Origin: Gaiellaceae bacterium
Lineage (GTDB): Bacteria; Actinomycetota; Thermoleophilia; Gaiellales; Gaiellaceae
DNA: 64,000 nt
Assembly (NCBI GenBank): GCA_035296785.1
Contig: DATHAF010000028.1
Span: 4,236-68,235, forward strand
Direction of reading: 5' to 3'
The notes under the pieces: model-generated
Seen by the model: the letters and a program-made list of their open reading frames with translations, nothing else
What the model was told of the DNA's origin: nothing
Database searches by the model: none
In this document: positions 9,366 to 18,542 of the stretch, piece by piece
Layout: every line of letters begins with the position of its first letter
Position numbering within the stretch: position 1 is the stretch's first letter
Translations under genes and position numbers: made by a program

Positions 9366-11047
9366 CAGTACGTCCGCTCCATCGGCTTCCACTTCGTCAT
9401 CGTGACCGGCTTCCAGTCGAGCTTCGGCTCGCCGCCTTCCATGCTCACGATCGTGTGCCTAAGGTAGTTCTCGTCGTCGCGCTGGGGGTAGTCATACGGC
9501 CTGGCGTGAGCGCCGCGGCTTTCTTTGCGCTCGATTCCGGAAACGACCATGCAGGCGGCGAGGTCGAGCATGAAACCGAGCTCCAGCGCCTGGGTGAGAT
9601 CGTTGTTGAAAACCTGGCCCTTGTCCTCGACGGTCACGCGCTCGTAGCGCGCAAGCAGGCCTTCGACGATCTCGCCCTGCTTCTTCATCTGCTCCTCGCG
9701 CCGGAACACGCCGAAGTTCTCGTGCATCGTCTCGGCGAGCTCGTTGCGAATCGACCAGGGCCGCTCGCCGTCGGGGCGCTCGAGTAGCTCCTTGAGCTCA
9801 CGCTCGGTGTCCGCCTCCAGCGAGGACGGCACCTCGACGGTCGTGTGCGAGAGCGCCCAGTCTGCTGCGTGTGCGCCGGCGCGCTTGCCGTAGGTGATCG
9901 TCTCCATCAGCGCGTTGCCGCCGAGCCGGTTGGCGCCGTGTACCGAGACGCAGGCGCACTCACCGGCGGCGTAGAGCCCCGTGAGGGACGTCTGGCCCCA
10001 GACGTCGGTGTCCACTCCGCCCATGTGGTAGTGCGCCCCCGGCCTGACCGGGATCGGCTCGTAGATCGGGTCGACTCCGGCGAACGTCATCGCAAGCTCG
10101 CGGGTGCCGTGCAGGCGCTCGAGGATCTTCTCCGCGCCGAGATGGCGCATGTCGAGCATGACGTTGCCGTCGATCCCGCGGCCCTCGTCAATCTCCGTCT
10201 GCTCGGCGCGCGAGATGACGTCCCGCGAGGCGAGCTCCATCGCATTCGGGGCGTAGCGCTTCAGGAAGCGCTCGCCCTCGGAGTTCAGGAGGTACGCGCC
10301 CTCGCCACGCGTGCCCTCGGTGATCAGGACCCCCGTCGGCGCGAGCGTAGTCGGGTGGAATTGCATCATCTCCATGTCCTCGAGGTCGACCCCGACCCGC
10401 AGGGCCTGCGCCATCCCGTCGCCCGTGCAGGCGTAGGCGTTGGTGGTGCCGTTGTAGAGCCGCCCGGCTCCGCCGGTGGTGAGGATCACGGTCCTGGCGC
10501 CGATCGTTGCGAGGCCGCCGTCGATCAGGTTCCAGGCGATCACACCCTGGCAGCGATCCTGGTGCTCGACGAGCTTCCAGACGAAGAACTCCTCGTAGAC
10601 CTTGAGGTCGCGCTTCATCACCTGCTCGTAGAGCACGTGCACCAGCACGTGGCCGGTGATGTCGGCGGCGTAGGCGGTACGAGGCTCGCCGGCCGCCCCG
10701 AAGGGGCGCTGCGCGATTCGCCCGTCCTCGGTGCGCGAGAAGATCGCCCCCCAGTGCTCGAGCTGGTAGACGTCGCCCGGCGCCTCGTTACAGAGGATCT
10801 CGATCGCGTCCTGGTCACCGAGATAGTCGGAGCCCTTGACGGTGTCGAACGCGTGCTTCTCCGGATCGTCGTCGGACGCGTTCCCGAGCGCCGCGTTGAT
10901 CCCGCCCTCGGCCGCCCCGGAATGGCTGCGAACGGGATGAATCTTCGAGACGAGCGCGACGTCGGCGCCCGCATCATGCGCTTCGATGGCCGCCCGCATT
11001 CCCGCGCAGCCTGCCCCGACGACGAGCACGTCGTGCTTCGCTTCCAC
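9365..11047 (-). CDS. sdhA: Succinate dehydrogenase/fumarate reductase flavoprotein subunit
   Basis: VVGAGCAGMRAA, RSHSGAAEGGINAA (flavinylation His region), HPTT, RLGGNAL. No twin-arginine signal at the N-terminus. Confidence 0.95.
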   Translation of the reverse strand: MEAKHDVLVVGAGCAGMRAAIEAHDAGADVALVSKIHPVRSHSGAAEGGINAALGNASDDDPEKHAFDTVKGSDYLGDQDAIEILCNEAPGDVYQLEHWGAIFSRTEDGRIAQRPFGAAGEPRTAYAADITGHVLVHVLYEQVMKRDLKVYEEFFVWKLVEHQDRCQGVIAWNLIDGGLATIGARTVILTTGGAGRLYNGTTNAYACTGDGMAQALRVGVDLEDMEMMQFHPTTLAPTGVLITEGTRGEGAYLLNSEGERFLKRYAPNAMELASRDVISRAEQTEIDEGRGIDGNVMLDMRHLGAEKILERLHGTRELAMTFAGVDPIYEPIPVRPGAHYHMGGVDTDVWGQTSLTGLYAAGECACVSVHGANRLGGNALMETITYGKRAGAHAADWALSHTTVEVPSSLEADTERELKELLERPDGERPWSIRNELAETMHENFGVFRREEQMKKQGEIVEGLLARYERVTVEDKGQVFNNDLTQALELGFMLDLAACMVVSGIERKESRGAHARPYDYPQRDDENYLRHTIVSMEGGEPKLDWKPVTMTKWKPMERTY

Positions 11048-11134
11048 CAGGAACGGACGCTATCGGAACGGTGGACCCCTACGCGTCGCTACGAATGGCG
11101 CGATGTGCGGGGTGTCCGGAAAGCGCTCCCGGGT

Positions 11135-12682
11135 ATGCTCCGGCCCGTGGCAAAGATGCTCTTTCGGCTGCCCGACGCGGCCGGCACGTTCGACAATCCG
11201 GACTCGCAGGAGCTCAAGGAGCTCGCCGCGCAGATGCCCAATGCGCAGTGGACGCGATTCGGGAACCTCAACGTCCAGACGCAGGTGGTAAGCCGATCGA
11301 AGGGCTCGACCTTCATCGTCACCGACGAGCCCGACGGCCAGAACCAGGCGATCCTCCGCGAGGAAGGCGAGCGCTGGGCCGCCGTGCAGGACGAGTACAT
11401 CGCCGATCAGGAGATGGTCGTCATCGACGGCTACATCGGGAACAATCCGGAGTTCCGAACCCCGGCCCGGCTCTACATCGAAGCCGCGAACGCGAACATC
11501 GCCGGGATGCAGCAGCAGCTCTACTTCTCGGGGAGTGAGGGCGAAGAGATCGAGCCTGAGCTGACCGTCATCTACACCCCGAACCTGAAAGCCGAGGGCT
11601 ACCCGGACGACCGTCTGATCGCCGTCGACCTGGAGCAGGGCGTGACGCGGATCTTCAACTCGGACTACTTCGGCGAGTCGAAGAAGGGCGGGCTGCGGAT
11701 GTGGAACAAGCTCGTCTACGACAACGGCGGAATTCCCCTCCATGCAGGCTGCAAGATCATCCCGACGGAGCGTGGCAAGCGCGTCGGCCTCATCGTCGGT
11801 CTTTCCGGCACCGGCAAGACGACGACTACCTTCACGCGCCAGAACGGCTCGATCCCGGTGCAGGACGACTTCGTCGCCTGGATGCCGAACGGGCGCGTCT
11901 ATGCGACCGAGAACGGCTGTTTCGCCAAGACCTTCGGGCTCAATCCGGACGACGAACCGACGATCTACGGAGCGGTCACCCAGCCGGAGTCGTACCTCGA
12001 GAACGTCTCGCAGCACGGTGACGAGGTCGACTTCTACGACACGAACTACACCTCCAACGGGCGCGCGACCTTCCCGTTCGGCGTGATCGAAGCCGCCTCG
12101 GCCGACGAGATCGACGAGGCGCACTTCCTCCTGATCCTGAACAAGAACGAGAACATCGTTCCCGCGGTGGCCAAGCTCGAAGGCCCGCAGGCTGCGGCGT
12201 TCTTCATGCTCGGCGAGACCACCGGCACGAGCGCGGGCGGCGCCGACGAGGCCGGCAAGTTCCTGCGCGTCCCGGGCACGAACCCGTTCTTCCCGCTTCC
12301 CCACGACCTCCAGGGCAACCGCTTTCTGGAGCTGCTCGCCGAGCACCCGCTCGAGGTCTACGTGATGAACACCGGGCGCGTGGGCGGACCCGAGAGCGAC
12401 GAGCGCTCGCTCAAGGTCCGGATCAAGCACTCCTCTGCGGTCGTCAAGGGAATCGCCGAAGGCACGATCGAATGGGAGCGTGACCCGGACTTCGGCTACC
12501 TCGTTGCCCCGGCCGTGCCGGGGATCGAGGAGATGGAGATCCTGCAGCCGCGCCGGCTCTACGAGCAGCAGGGGCGCTCCGACGAATACCGCGCCTTCGT
12601 CGAACGCTTCAAGGCGGAGCGAGCCGAGTTCCTACGCGGCTTTCCCAGCCTCAGCGACGAGATCGTCGCCGCTGTCGCCTAG
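11135..12682 (+). CDS. pckA: Phosphoenolpyruvate carboxykinase (ATP-type)
   Basis: GLSGTGKTTTTF kinase-1a motif and NGCFAKT. ATG 11135 (alternative 11156). The 5' 1290 nt of the 945-aa track ORF is antisense to sdhA. Confidence 0.85.
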   Translation: MLRPVAKMLFRLPDAAGTFDNPDSQELKELAAQMPNAQWTRFGNLNVQTQVVSRSKGSTFIVTDEPDGQNQAILREEGERWAAVQDEYIADQEMVVIDGYIGNNPEFRTPARLYIEAANANIAGMQQQLYFSGSEGEEIEPELTVIYTPNLKAEGYPDDRLIAVDLEQGVTRIFNSDYFGESKKGGLRMWNKLVYDNGGIPLHAGCKIIPTERGKRVGLIVGLSGTGKTTTTFTRQNGSIPVQDDFVAWMPNGRVYATENGCFAKTFGLNPDDEPTIYGAVTQPESYLENVSQHGDEVDFYDTNYTSNGRATFPFGVIEAASADEIDEAHFLLILNKNENIVPAVAKLEGPQAAAFFMLGETTGTSAGGADEAGKFLRVPGTNPFFPLPHDLQGNRFLELLAEHPLEVYVMNTGRVGGPESDERSLKVRIKHSSAVVKGIAEGTIEWERDPDFGYLVAPAVPGIEEMEILQPRRLYEQQGRSDEYRAFVERFKAERAEFLRGFPSLSDEIVAAVA

Positions 12683-12726
12683 CTGACCAGCGCGGGAATC
12701 CAAGCGCCCACGGCGAATCCCTTGTC

Positions 12727-13557
12727 GTGAATCGGGAGATCGACCGCTTCCTCGACAGCCCCGCCTTCTCCGACGCGACCCGTCGGGCCTATCGGGTGGA
12801 CGTGCGCGAGTTCGCGGCCTGGCTCGACCGGCGCGGCGCGCGCCTGCAGGACGTCGACGTGCGCGCTCTCGCCGACTATGCGGCAGAGCTCGGGCGGGCG
12901 CGGCCGCGCAAGCTCGCTCCGGCGACGATCGCGCGGAAGCTCGCCGCCGTTCGTGCGTTCCTGCGCCACGCGCTGGGCAAGGAACGCGTTCCTGATGCCT
13001 CGTTCGCACCGAGGCGGCCGCTACGGCTGCCGGATGCTCCGCGTCCACAGGAGGTCGACCGCGAGCTCGCGGCGTTCGAGGGAAAAGGGCCGCTCGCCAT
13101 TCGCAACCACACCCTCGTCGAGCTCGTCTACTCCGCGGGGCTCCGCTCGCAGGAGGCCGTCGATCTCGACCTGGCCGACGTGGACTTCGACCAAGAGCTC
13201 GTGCACGTGCGCGGCAAGGGGGACAAGGAACGGGTCGTCCCGCTAGGCGAGGAGGCGTCGCACCGGCTCGCCGTCTACCTCCGCGAGGCGCGCCCGGAGC
13301 TGGCCAGCGGTGCCGAGAACGCGCTCTTCCTCTCAGCCCGCGGACGTCGGCTGGACACGAGCACCCTGCGTCGCCTGCTCCCCCACCCCCACCGTTTGCG
13401 GCACGCGTTCGCCACGCATCTTCTGGAGGGCGGCGCCGACCTGCGCACGATCCAGGAGCTGCTCGGCCACAGCTCGCTCTCGACGACGCAGATGTACAGC
13501 CACGTCGATGCAACGCGGCTCAGGAAGGTCTATGACCGATCCCACCCAAGATCCTGA
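12727..13557 (+). CDS. Tyrosine recombinase, XerC/XerD family
   Basis: GTG 12727. Catalytic C-terminus LRHAFATHLLEGGADLRTIQELLGHSSLSTTQMYSHV. Confidence 0.85.
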   Translation: MNREIDRFLDSPAFSDATRRAYRVDVREFAAWLDRRGARLQDVDVRALADYAAELGRARPRKLAPATIARKLAAVRAFLRHALGKERVPDASFAPRRPLRLPDAPRPQEVDRELAAFEGKGPLAIRNHTLVELVYSAGLRSQEAVDLDLADVDFDQELVHVRGKGDKERVVPLGEEASHRLAVYLREARPELASGAENALFLSARGRRLDTSTLRRLLPHPHRLRHAFATHLLEGGADLRTIQELLGHSSLSTTQMYSHVDATRLRKVYDRSHPRS

Positions 13558-14467
13558 GGTCGAGGGCTTTCTCGCGCTGCTCGCCGCCCGGCGGGCGCCG
13601 AAGACAGTCGAGGCGTACCGCCGCGACCTGCGCGCGTTAGCCGACTGGCTCGGGGGGCCGCCCTCGAAGGCAACCAGCGAGGATCTCGAGCGCTGGCTCG
13701 CGGAGCTGCGGGCGGTAGGGCTCTCGCCCGCGACGGTCGCACGCCGCGTCGCCGCCGTGCGCTCGTTCTTCCGGCACCTCGTCCTGCTCGGCGCCCGCGC
13801 CGACAGCCCTGCGGCCGCGCTCGAGCTGCCGCGACGTCGCAGGCGGCTGCCTCGCACCCTCTCTCCGGCCGAGGCCCAGCGGTTGATCGAGGCGGCGGCC
13901 GGTTCGACACCGCGAATGATGCGCGACCGTGCGCTCGTCGAGCTCCTCTACGGCGCCGGCCTGCGCGTCAGCGAGGCGGTCGGACTGGACAAGGCCGGAA
14001 TCGACTTGGAGCGGCGGCTTGTCCGCTGCACGGGGAAGGGAGGAAAGGAGCGGGTCGTTCCTGTTGGGCGCCACGCGGTCGACGCCCTTCGGCGATACCT
14101 GGCGCACGGCCGCCCGTACCTCGACCGGCGTCATCGGCCCGAGTTGTTTCTCAACGCCCAGGGCGGCGGCCTCACCCGGGCGGGGGCCTTCCTGATCCTG
14201 CGCCGTCTCGCCGGCCGTGCCGGGCTCGAGCCCGAGCGTGTCCATCCCCACCTGCTGCGGCACTCCTTCGCGACCCATCTGCTCGAGGGAGGAGCCGACC
14301 TGCGCAGCGTCCAGGAGCTGCTCGGTCACGCGGATCTCGGGACGACCGAGCTCTACACGCACGTCTCCGACCGCCGCAGGCGCGACGTTTACTTCCGCAC
14401 TCACCCGCACGCGCGCCGCAGGCGGGTTTCGGGAAAGGGCAGTTCCGGGAACACGCCTGATGAATGA
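13532..14467 (+). CDS. Tyrosine recombinase, XerC/XerD family (second copy)
   Basis: ATG 13532 with AGGAAGG 3 nt upstream; overlaps the first recombinase by 26 nt. LRHSFATHLLEGGADLRSVQELLGHADLGTTELYTHV. Confidence 0.85.
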   Translation: MTDPTQDPEVEGFLALLAARRAPKTVEAYRRDLRALADWLGGPPSKATSEDLERWLAELRAVGLSPATVARRVAAVRSFFRHLVLLGARADSPAAALELPRRRRRLPRTLSPAEAQRLIEAAAGSTPRMMRDRALVELLYGAGLRVSEAVGLDKAGIDLERRLVRCTGKGGKERVVPVGRHAVDALRRYLAHGRPYLDRRHRPELFLNAQGGGLTRAGAFLILRRLAGRAGLEPERVHPHLLRHSFATHLLEGGADLRSVQELLGHADLGTTELYTHVSDRRRRDVYFRTHPHARRRRVSGKGSSGNTPDE

Positions 14468-14631
14468 CTCCCGAGCCGCACCTCACGATCCTCCTGGTCT
14501 CCACCGCGGGCGTCGGCGTGCTCATGTCGTTTGCCGGTCTCCAGAAGAGCGCGCTCGAGTGGAAGCGGCGCCGGCGCATCTGCCCATCGTGCGGCCACCA
14601 GCTGCGCGGCCGGCACTGCTCGTGCGCCTAG
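14464..14631 (+). CDS. 55-aa membrane-anchored Cys-motif micro-protein (unannotated in track)
   Basis: ATG 14464 overlaps the recombinase stop as ATGA. MTPEPHLTILLVSTAGVGVLMSFAGLQKSALEWKRRRRICPSCGHQLRGRHCSCA: one TM helix, a basic stretch, then CPxC-x7-CxC. Third codon positions are almost all G/C. Confidence 0.6.
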   Translation: MTPEPHLTILLVSTAGVGVLMSFAGLQKSALEWKRRRRICPSCGHQLRGRHCSCA

Positions 14632-14635
14632 CCGC

Positions 14636-15133
14636 CTAGCGCGCCCGCGCTTTCTTCTCGAGCCCGGCCGCAACCTTCGCGGCGGTCTGCTGGATCTCCC
14701 GGTCAAGGCCATCTTCCTCCGCGATCCCCTGCAGCAGGACGATCGTGTCTCGCTGCGGCGAGCCGTTCCGGAGACAGATGATCGCCAGCCGCCGCACGGC
14801 CGCGTTGCCGTCCGCGTTCGCCAGGCTGTGCAGGAGCGGCCGGACGGTGTTCACAGCCCGCGGGTGATCGCGCGAGAGCAGCTCGAGCGACAGCAGCGCG
14901 GACCCACGGCAGGCAGGGCTGTCGTCCTCGAGGCCCCGTCGCAGGAGCTCCTCCTTCTGGCGGAAGCGAAACTGGCCGACGGCCCGATACGCGGCGGCGC
15001 GCTCGAGGTGGTCCGGGGAGCGGGCCGCCGCCTCCAGCTCCTCGGCCCAGGCAGCGCGCAGTTTGGCCAGGTCGCGCTCGTTCCCGCTCTCGGCGAGCAG
15101 GTTCGCCTCGAGCCCGGCCTCGGCGAGACTCAA
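14636..15133 (-). CDS. HEAT-repeat protein
   Basis: TTG 15133 overlaps the citrate synthase stop (TTGA). Repeated helical units ([25 protein letters not shown]) resemble HEAT/PBS-lyase repeats. Confidence 0.65.
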   Translation of the reverse strand: MSLAEAGLEANLLAESGNERDLAKLRAAWAEELEAAARSPDHLERAAAYRAVGQFRFRQKEELLRRGLEDDSPACRGSALLSLELLSRDHPRAVNTVRPLLHSLANADGNAAVRRLAIICLRNGSPQRDTIVLLQGIAEEDGLDREIQQTAAKVAAGLEKKARAR

Positions 15134-16233
15134 GTCGGGACTGGGGCTCCGTCGACTGCGGAGGCCGGCCGCGCCGCAGGCCCGACGTACTGCGCCGAGG
15201 GCCTGATCAGGCGGCCGGTGCGCTTCTCTTCGAGAATGTGCGCCGACCAGCCGGCCACCCGCGCGCAGGCGAACATGGCCGGAGTCAGGTCGTGGGGGAT
15301 CTCGGCGACATCGAGCACGACGGCCGACCAGAACTCGACGTTCGTCTCGAGCGGACGGTCGGGCTTGTACTCGCGCAACGCCGCCAGCGCTACGCGCTCG
15401 AGCTCCTCCGCGACCTCGAAGCGAGGCGACTCGAGCTCCTGCGCGGTCCTTCGCAACAACCGCGCCCGCGGGTCCTCTGCGCGGTAGACCCGATGCCCGA
15501 AGCCCATGATCCGCTGGTGCCGCTCCAACACACCCCTCACGTAGCCCTCGGGATCGTTCGTCCGCGCGACCTCGTCGAGCATCGGCAGCACCCGTGCGGG
15601 GGCGCCGCCGTGCAGAGGCCCGGAGAGAGCGCCCACTGCCGCCGACATCGCGGCGCCGGTGTCCGCGCCCGTGGAGGCAACGACCCTCGCGGTGAAGGTC
15701 GAGGCGTTGAGACCGTGCTCGGCCGTGCAGATCCAGTAGGTGTCGATCGCCTTGACGTGCTTCGGGTCAGCCTCCCCGCGCCAGCGAAGCAGGAACTTCT
15801 CGGCGGCGCTCCCACCCTGGGCGACCACGTCGTCCGGCACGCGGTCGTTGTGGCCATCACCAACGCGGGCCGACTCGGCGACGATCGCAATCATCTCCGG
15901 GGAGAGGCGGGCGAGATCGTCCCGCACCTCCTCGGCCGAGATGTCGACGAGTTTCTGCAGCGACCACGCGCTCGAGAGCCGAGCCGTCTCCGCCTGCAGA
16001 TCCGAGGGCGCATTGCCGCTCAGGTGCTTGGGCTCGTACGGCTCCGGATCGGGCATCCCGGGGTCGAAGCTCTCATCCACGAGCAGGCCCCAGACCTGTT
16101 CGTAGTGGTATGTGCCGACGAGCTCCTCGATGTCCACGCCGCGGTAACGCAGCGCACCGCCCTCCCGGTCGGGCTCTGCGATCTCCGTTTCGAAGGCGAC
16201 GACGCCTTCGAGCCCCGGCTTGAACTCGTTCAC
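15130..16233 (-). CDS. gltA: Citrate synthase
   Basis: [16 protein letters not shown]... and [15 protein letters not shown] catalytic region. Confidence 0.9.
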   Translation of the reverse strand: MNEFKPGLEGVVAFETEIAEPDREGGALRYRGVDIEELVGTYHYEQVWGLLVDESFDPGMPDPEPYEPKHLSGNAPSDLQAETARLSSAWSLQKLVDISAEEVRDDLARLSPEMIAIVAESARVGDGHNDRVPDDVVAQGGSAAEKFLLRWRGEADPKHVKAIDTYWICTAEHGLNASTFTARVVASTGADTGAAMSAAVGALSGPLHGGAPARVLPMLDEVARTNDPEGYVRGVLERHQRIMGFGHRVYRAEDPRARLLRRTAQELESPRFEVAEELERVALAALREYKPDRPLETNVEFWSAVVLDVAEIPHDLTPAMFACARVAGWSAHILEEKRTGRLIRPSAQYVGPAARPASAVDGAPVPT

Positions 16234-16254
16234 GGCCGGAAATCTACAGGCGGA

Positions 16255-16272
16255 GGCGTCGCTTGCGACGCC
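16255..16272. promoter_or_regulatory. Perfect 8+8 palindrome in the gltA/icd divergent intergenic region (candidate operator)
   Basis: GGCGTCGC-TT-GCGACGCC. A 2-nt centre makes an RNA hairpin unlikely and favours a dimeric DNA-binding site. Confidence 0.35.
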
Positions 16273-16380
16273 GCCAGAGAGGTCAGCGTCGGCTCCGCCG
16301 GCGCGGTCGTGCCACGCACGTTTTGGCCGATCGACGTCTCGAACGCTTCAGGCGAAGGGCCTCCGCTAGAGTCCTGCGCC

Positions 16381-17469
16381 GTGGCGCACGAGGTGACCTT
16401 GATCCCCGGGGACGGCACCGGGCCGGAACTGGCGGAGGCGACGCGGCGCGTGCTCGAGGCCACCGGCGTCGGCTTCGATTGGGACGTGCAAGAGGCCGGG
16501 GCCGACGTGATGGAGGCCTACGGCGGCAACCCGCTGCCCGACCAGGTTCTGGACTCGATCAAGCGCACCGGGGTCGCGCTCAAGGGCCCGATCACGACGC
16601 CCGTCGGGGGCGGCTTCCGCTCCGTCAACGTGACGTTGCGCAAGACGCTCGACCTCTACGGCCAGGTTCGGCCCTGCAAGAGCTACGAAGGGGTGCGCTC
16701 GCGGTACGAGCACGTCGACCTGATCATCGTGCGCGAGGCAACCGAGGATCTCTACGCCGGGATCGAGTACGAGGAGGGGACGGCGCACGCCCGGGAGCTG
16801 GCCGAGTGGATCGGGGCGAGAGGCGGCCAGGTTCCGGACGGCTCCGGTATCTCGATCAAGCCGCTGTCGGTCGAGGGCAGCCGCCGGATCGTCCGGTTCG
16901 CGTTCGACTACGCCCGCCGCAACGGGCGCCGCAAGGTGACGGCCGTGCACAAGGCGAACATCATGAAGTTCTCGGACGGGCTCTTCCTCCGCGTGGCGCG
17001 AGAAGTTGCTGAGGAGAACACCGACCTCGAGTTCGAAGACCGGATCGTGGACAACCTCTGCATGCAGCTCGTCCAGCGGCCCGAGGAGTACGACGTGCTC
17101 GTGCTGCCGAACCTCTACGGTGACATCGTCTCCGACCTGGCGGCCGGGCTGGTGGGGGGGCTGGGGTTGGCGCCGGGGGCGAACTTCGGGACGCACGCCG
17201 CCGTTTTCGAGCCGACGCACGGCTCGGCGCCGAAGTACGCCGGCCAGAACAAGGTCAACCCTATGGCGATGATGCTCTCCGGGATGCTGATGCTCCGCCA
17301 TCTCGAGGAGTCTGACGCTGCCGACCGGCTGGAGCGCGCGATCGCCGAGGTGATTCGCGCCGGCGATCAGGTCACCTACGACATGAAGCCTTCCCGCGAC
17401 GACGTGACGGCCGTCGGCACGAGCGAGGTCGCGGACGCGATCATCGACGCGATGGGAGCCCGGGTATGA
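16381..17469 (+). CDS. icd: Isocitrate dehydrogenase (isocitrate/isopropylmalate dehydrogenase family)
   Basis: GTG 16381: [16 protein letters not shown] and [22 protein letters not shown]-gene context. The upstream part of the 743-aa track ORF is antisense to gltA. Confidence 0.8.
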   Translation: MAHEVTLIPGDGTGPELAEATRRVLEATGVGFDWDVQEAGADVMEAYGGNPLPDQVLDSIKRTGVALKGPITTPVGGGFRSVNVTLRKTLDLYGQVRPCKSYEGVRSRYEHVDLIIVREATEDLYAGIEYEEGTAHARELAEWIGARGGQVPDGSGISIKPLSVEGSRRIVRFAFDYARRNGRRKVTAVHKANIMKFSDGLFLRVAREVAEENTDLEFEDRIVDNLCMQLVQRPEEYDVLVLPNLYGDIVSDLAAGLVGGLGLAPGANFGTHAAVFEPTHGSAPKYAGQNKVNPMAMMLSGMLMLRHLEESDAADRLERAIAEVIRAGDQVTYDMKPSRDDVTAVGTSEVADAIIDAMGARV

Positions 17470-18395
17470 GGCGCAAGGTCACAGTGGTGGGTGCAGGCAA
17501 CGTCGGCGCGACCTGCGCCCAGTCGCTCGCCACCCGCGACTACGCGGAGGTCGTGCTCGTCGACATCAAGGAGAACCTGCCGCAGGGGAAGGCTCTCGAC
17601 ATCAACCAGATGGGCGCGGTGCGCGGGTACGAGCCAAGCGTCGTAGGCTCGAACGGCTACGAGGAAACGGCCGGCTCCGAAGTCGTCGTGGTCACGGCCG
17701 GCGTCCCCCGCACAGGCGAGATGAGCCGGGACGACCTGGTCTCGACCAACGAGAAGATCGTCGGCTCGGTGACCCAGGCGATCGCGGCGCAGAACCCGGA
17801 TTCGGTCCTGATCGTCGTCTCCAACCCGCTCGACGCAATGTGCCACGTGGCGAAGAACGTCTCAGGCTGGCCCAAGGAGCGCGTCTTCGGGATGGCCGGG
17901 ATCCTCGATACCGCGCGCTTTTCGACCTTCATCGCCCTGGAGACGGGCGCGTCGGTCAAGGACGTGACCGCGATGGTGCTCGGCGGCCACGGCGACCAGA
18001 TGGTGCCCGTCGTCTCGGCGACGAGCGTCGGGGGCGTCCCGCTCCGCAAGCTCGTCTCGGAAGACCGGATCCAGGCGATGGTCGAGCGCACGGCGAAGGG
18101 CGGTGGCGAGCTCGTCAAGCTCCTCGGGACCTCTGCGTGGTACGCGCCCGGCGCAGCCGCCGCGCAGATGGTCGACGCGGTCATGCTCGACGAGCACCGC
18201 GTGCTCCCGTGCACCGCCTACCTCGAGGGCGAGTACGGGATCGACGGGCTCTACATGGGCGTCCCGGTCAAGCTGGGGGCAGGCGGCGTCGAGGAGATCC
18301 TCGAGCTCGATCTGGGCGACGAGGAGCGCGAGGCCCTGAATGCATCGGCCGAAGCCGTCCGCGAGGTCGTGGGCGTGCTTGGCAGCGCGGCGTAG
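17466..18395 (+). CDS. mdh: Malate dehydrogenase (LDH-like)
   Basis: [14 protein letters not shown] and [13 protein letters not shown] overlap with the icd stop. Confidence 0.9.
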   Translation: MRRKVTVVGAGNVGATCAQSLATRDYAEVVLVDIKENLPQGKALDINQMGAVRGYEPSVVGSNGYEETAGSEVVVVTAGVPRTGEMSRDDLVSTNEKIVGSVTQAIAAQNPDSVLIVVSNPLDAMCHVAKNVSGWPKERVFGMAGILDTARFSTFIALETGASVKDVTAMVLGGHGDQMVPVVSATSVGGVPLRKLVSEDRIQAMVERTAKGGGELVKLLGTSAWYAPGAAAAQMVDAVMLDEHRVLPCTAYLEGEYGIDGLYMGVPVKLGAGGVEEILELDLGDEEREALNASAEAVREVVGVLGSAA

Positions 18396-18542
18396 ACCGG
18401 TGACGGTGCCGACGAACCGGCACAGAGGCGGCATACCCGCGGCACAGACATGCGCCACCTCGGCCCGTACGCTGGCGGCGGGCGGCGGGTGGTCTTCCTT
18501 CCCCACCCGGGTGGGGACGCGCGTGTACATGCCAAGGGCGGC

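Noticed and set aside
9845-11134. 5' 1290 nt of the 945-aa track ORF (9845..12682 +) upstream of the PEPCK start
   Set aside because: It is antisense to sdhA, with an Arg/Gly/Asp-rich low-complexity translation. The PEPCK family sequence only begins near ATG 11135. This is a typical long spurious frame in GC-rich DNA.
12727-14631. Tandem recombinases as a mobile element or integrated island
   Set aside because: There are no flanking direct or inverted repeats, no adjacent tRNA attachment site and no cargo genes. Both neighbours are core TCA and gluconeogenesis genes with the same composition.
15238-16380. 5' part of the 743-aa track ORF upstream of icd
   Set aside because: It is antisense to citrate synthase. 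The dehydrogenase N-terminus ([11 protein letters not shown]) starts right after GTG 16381.
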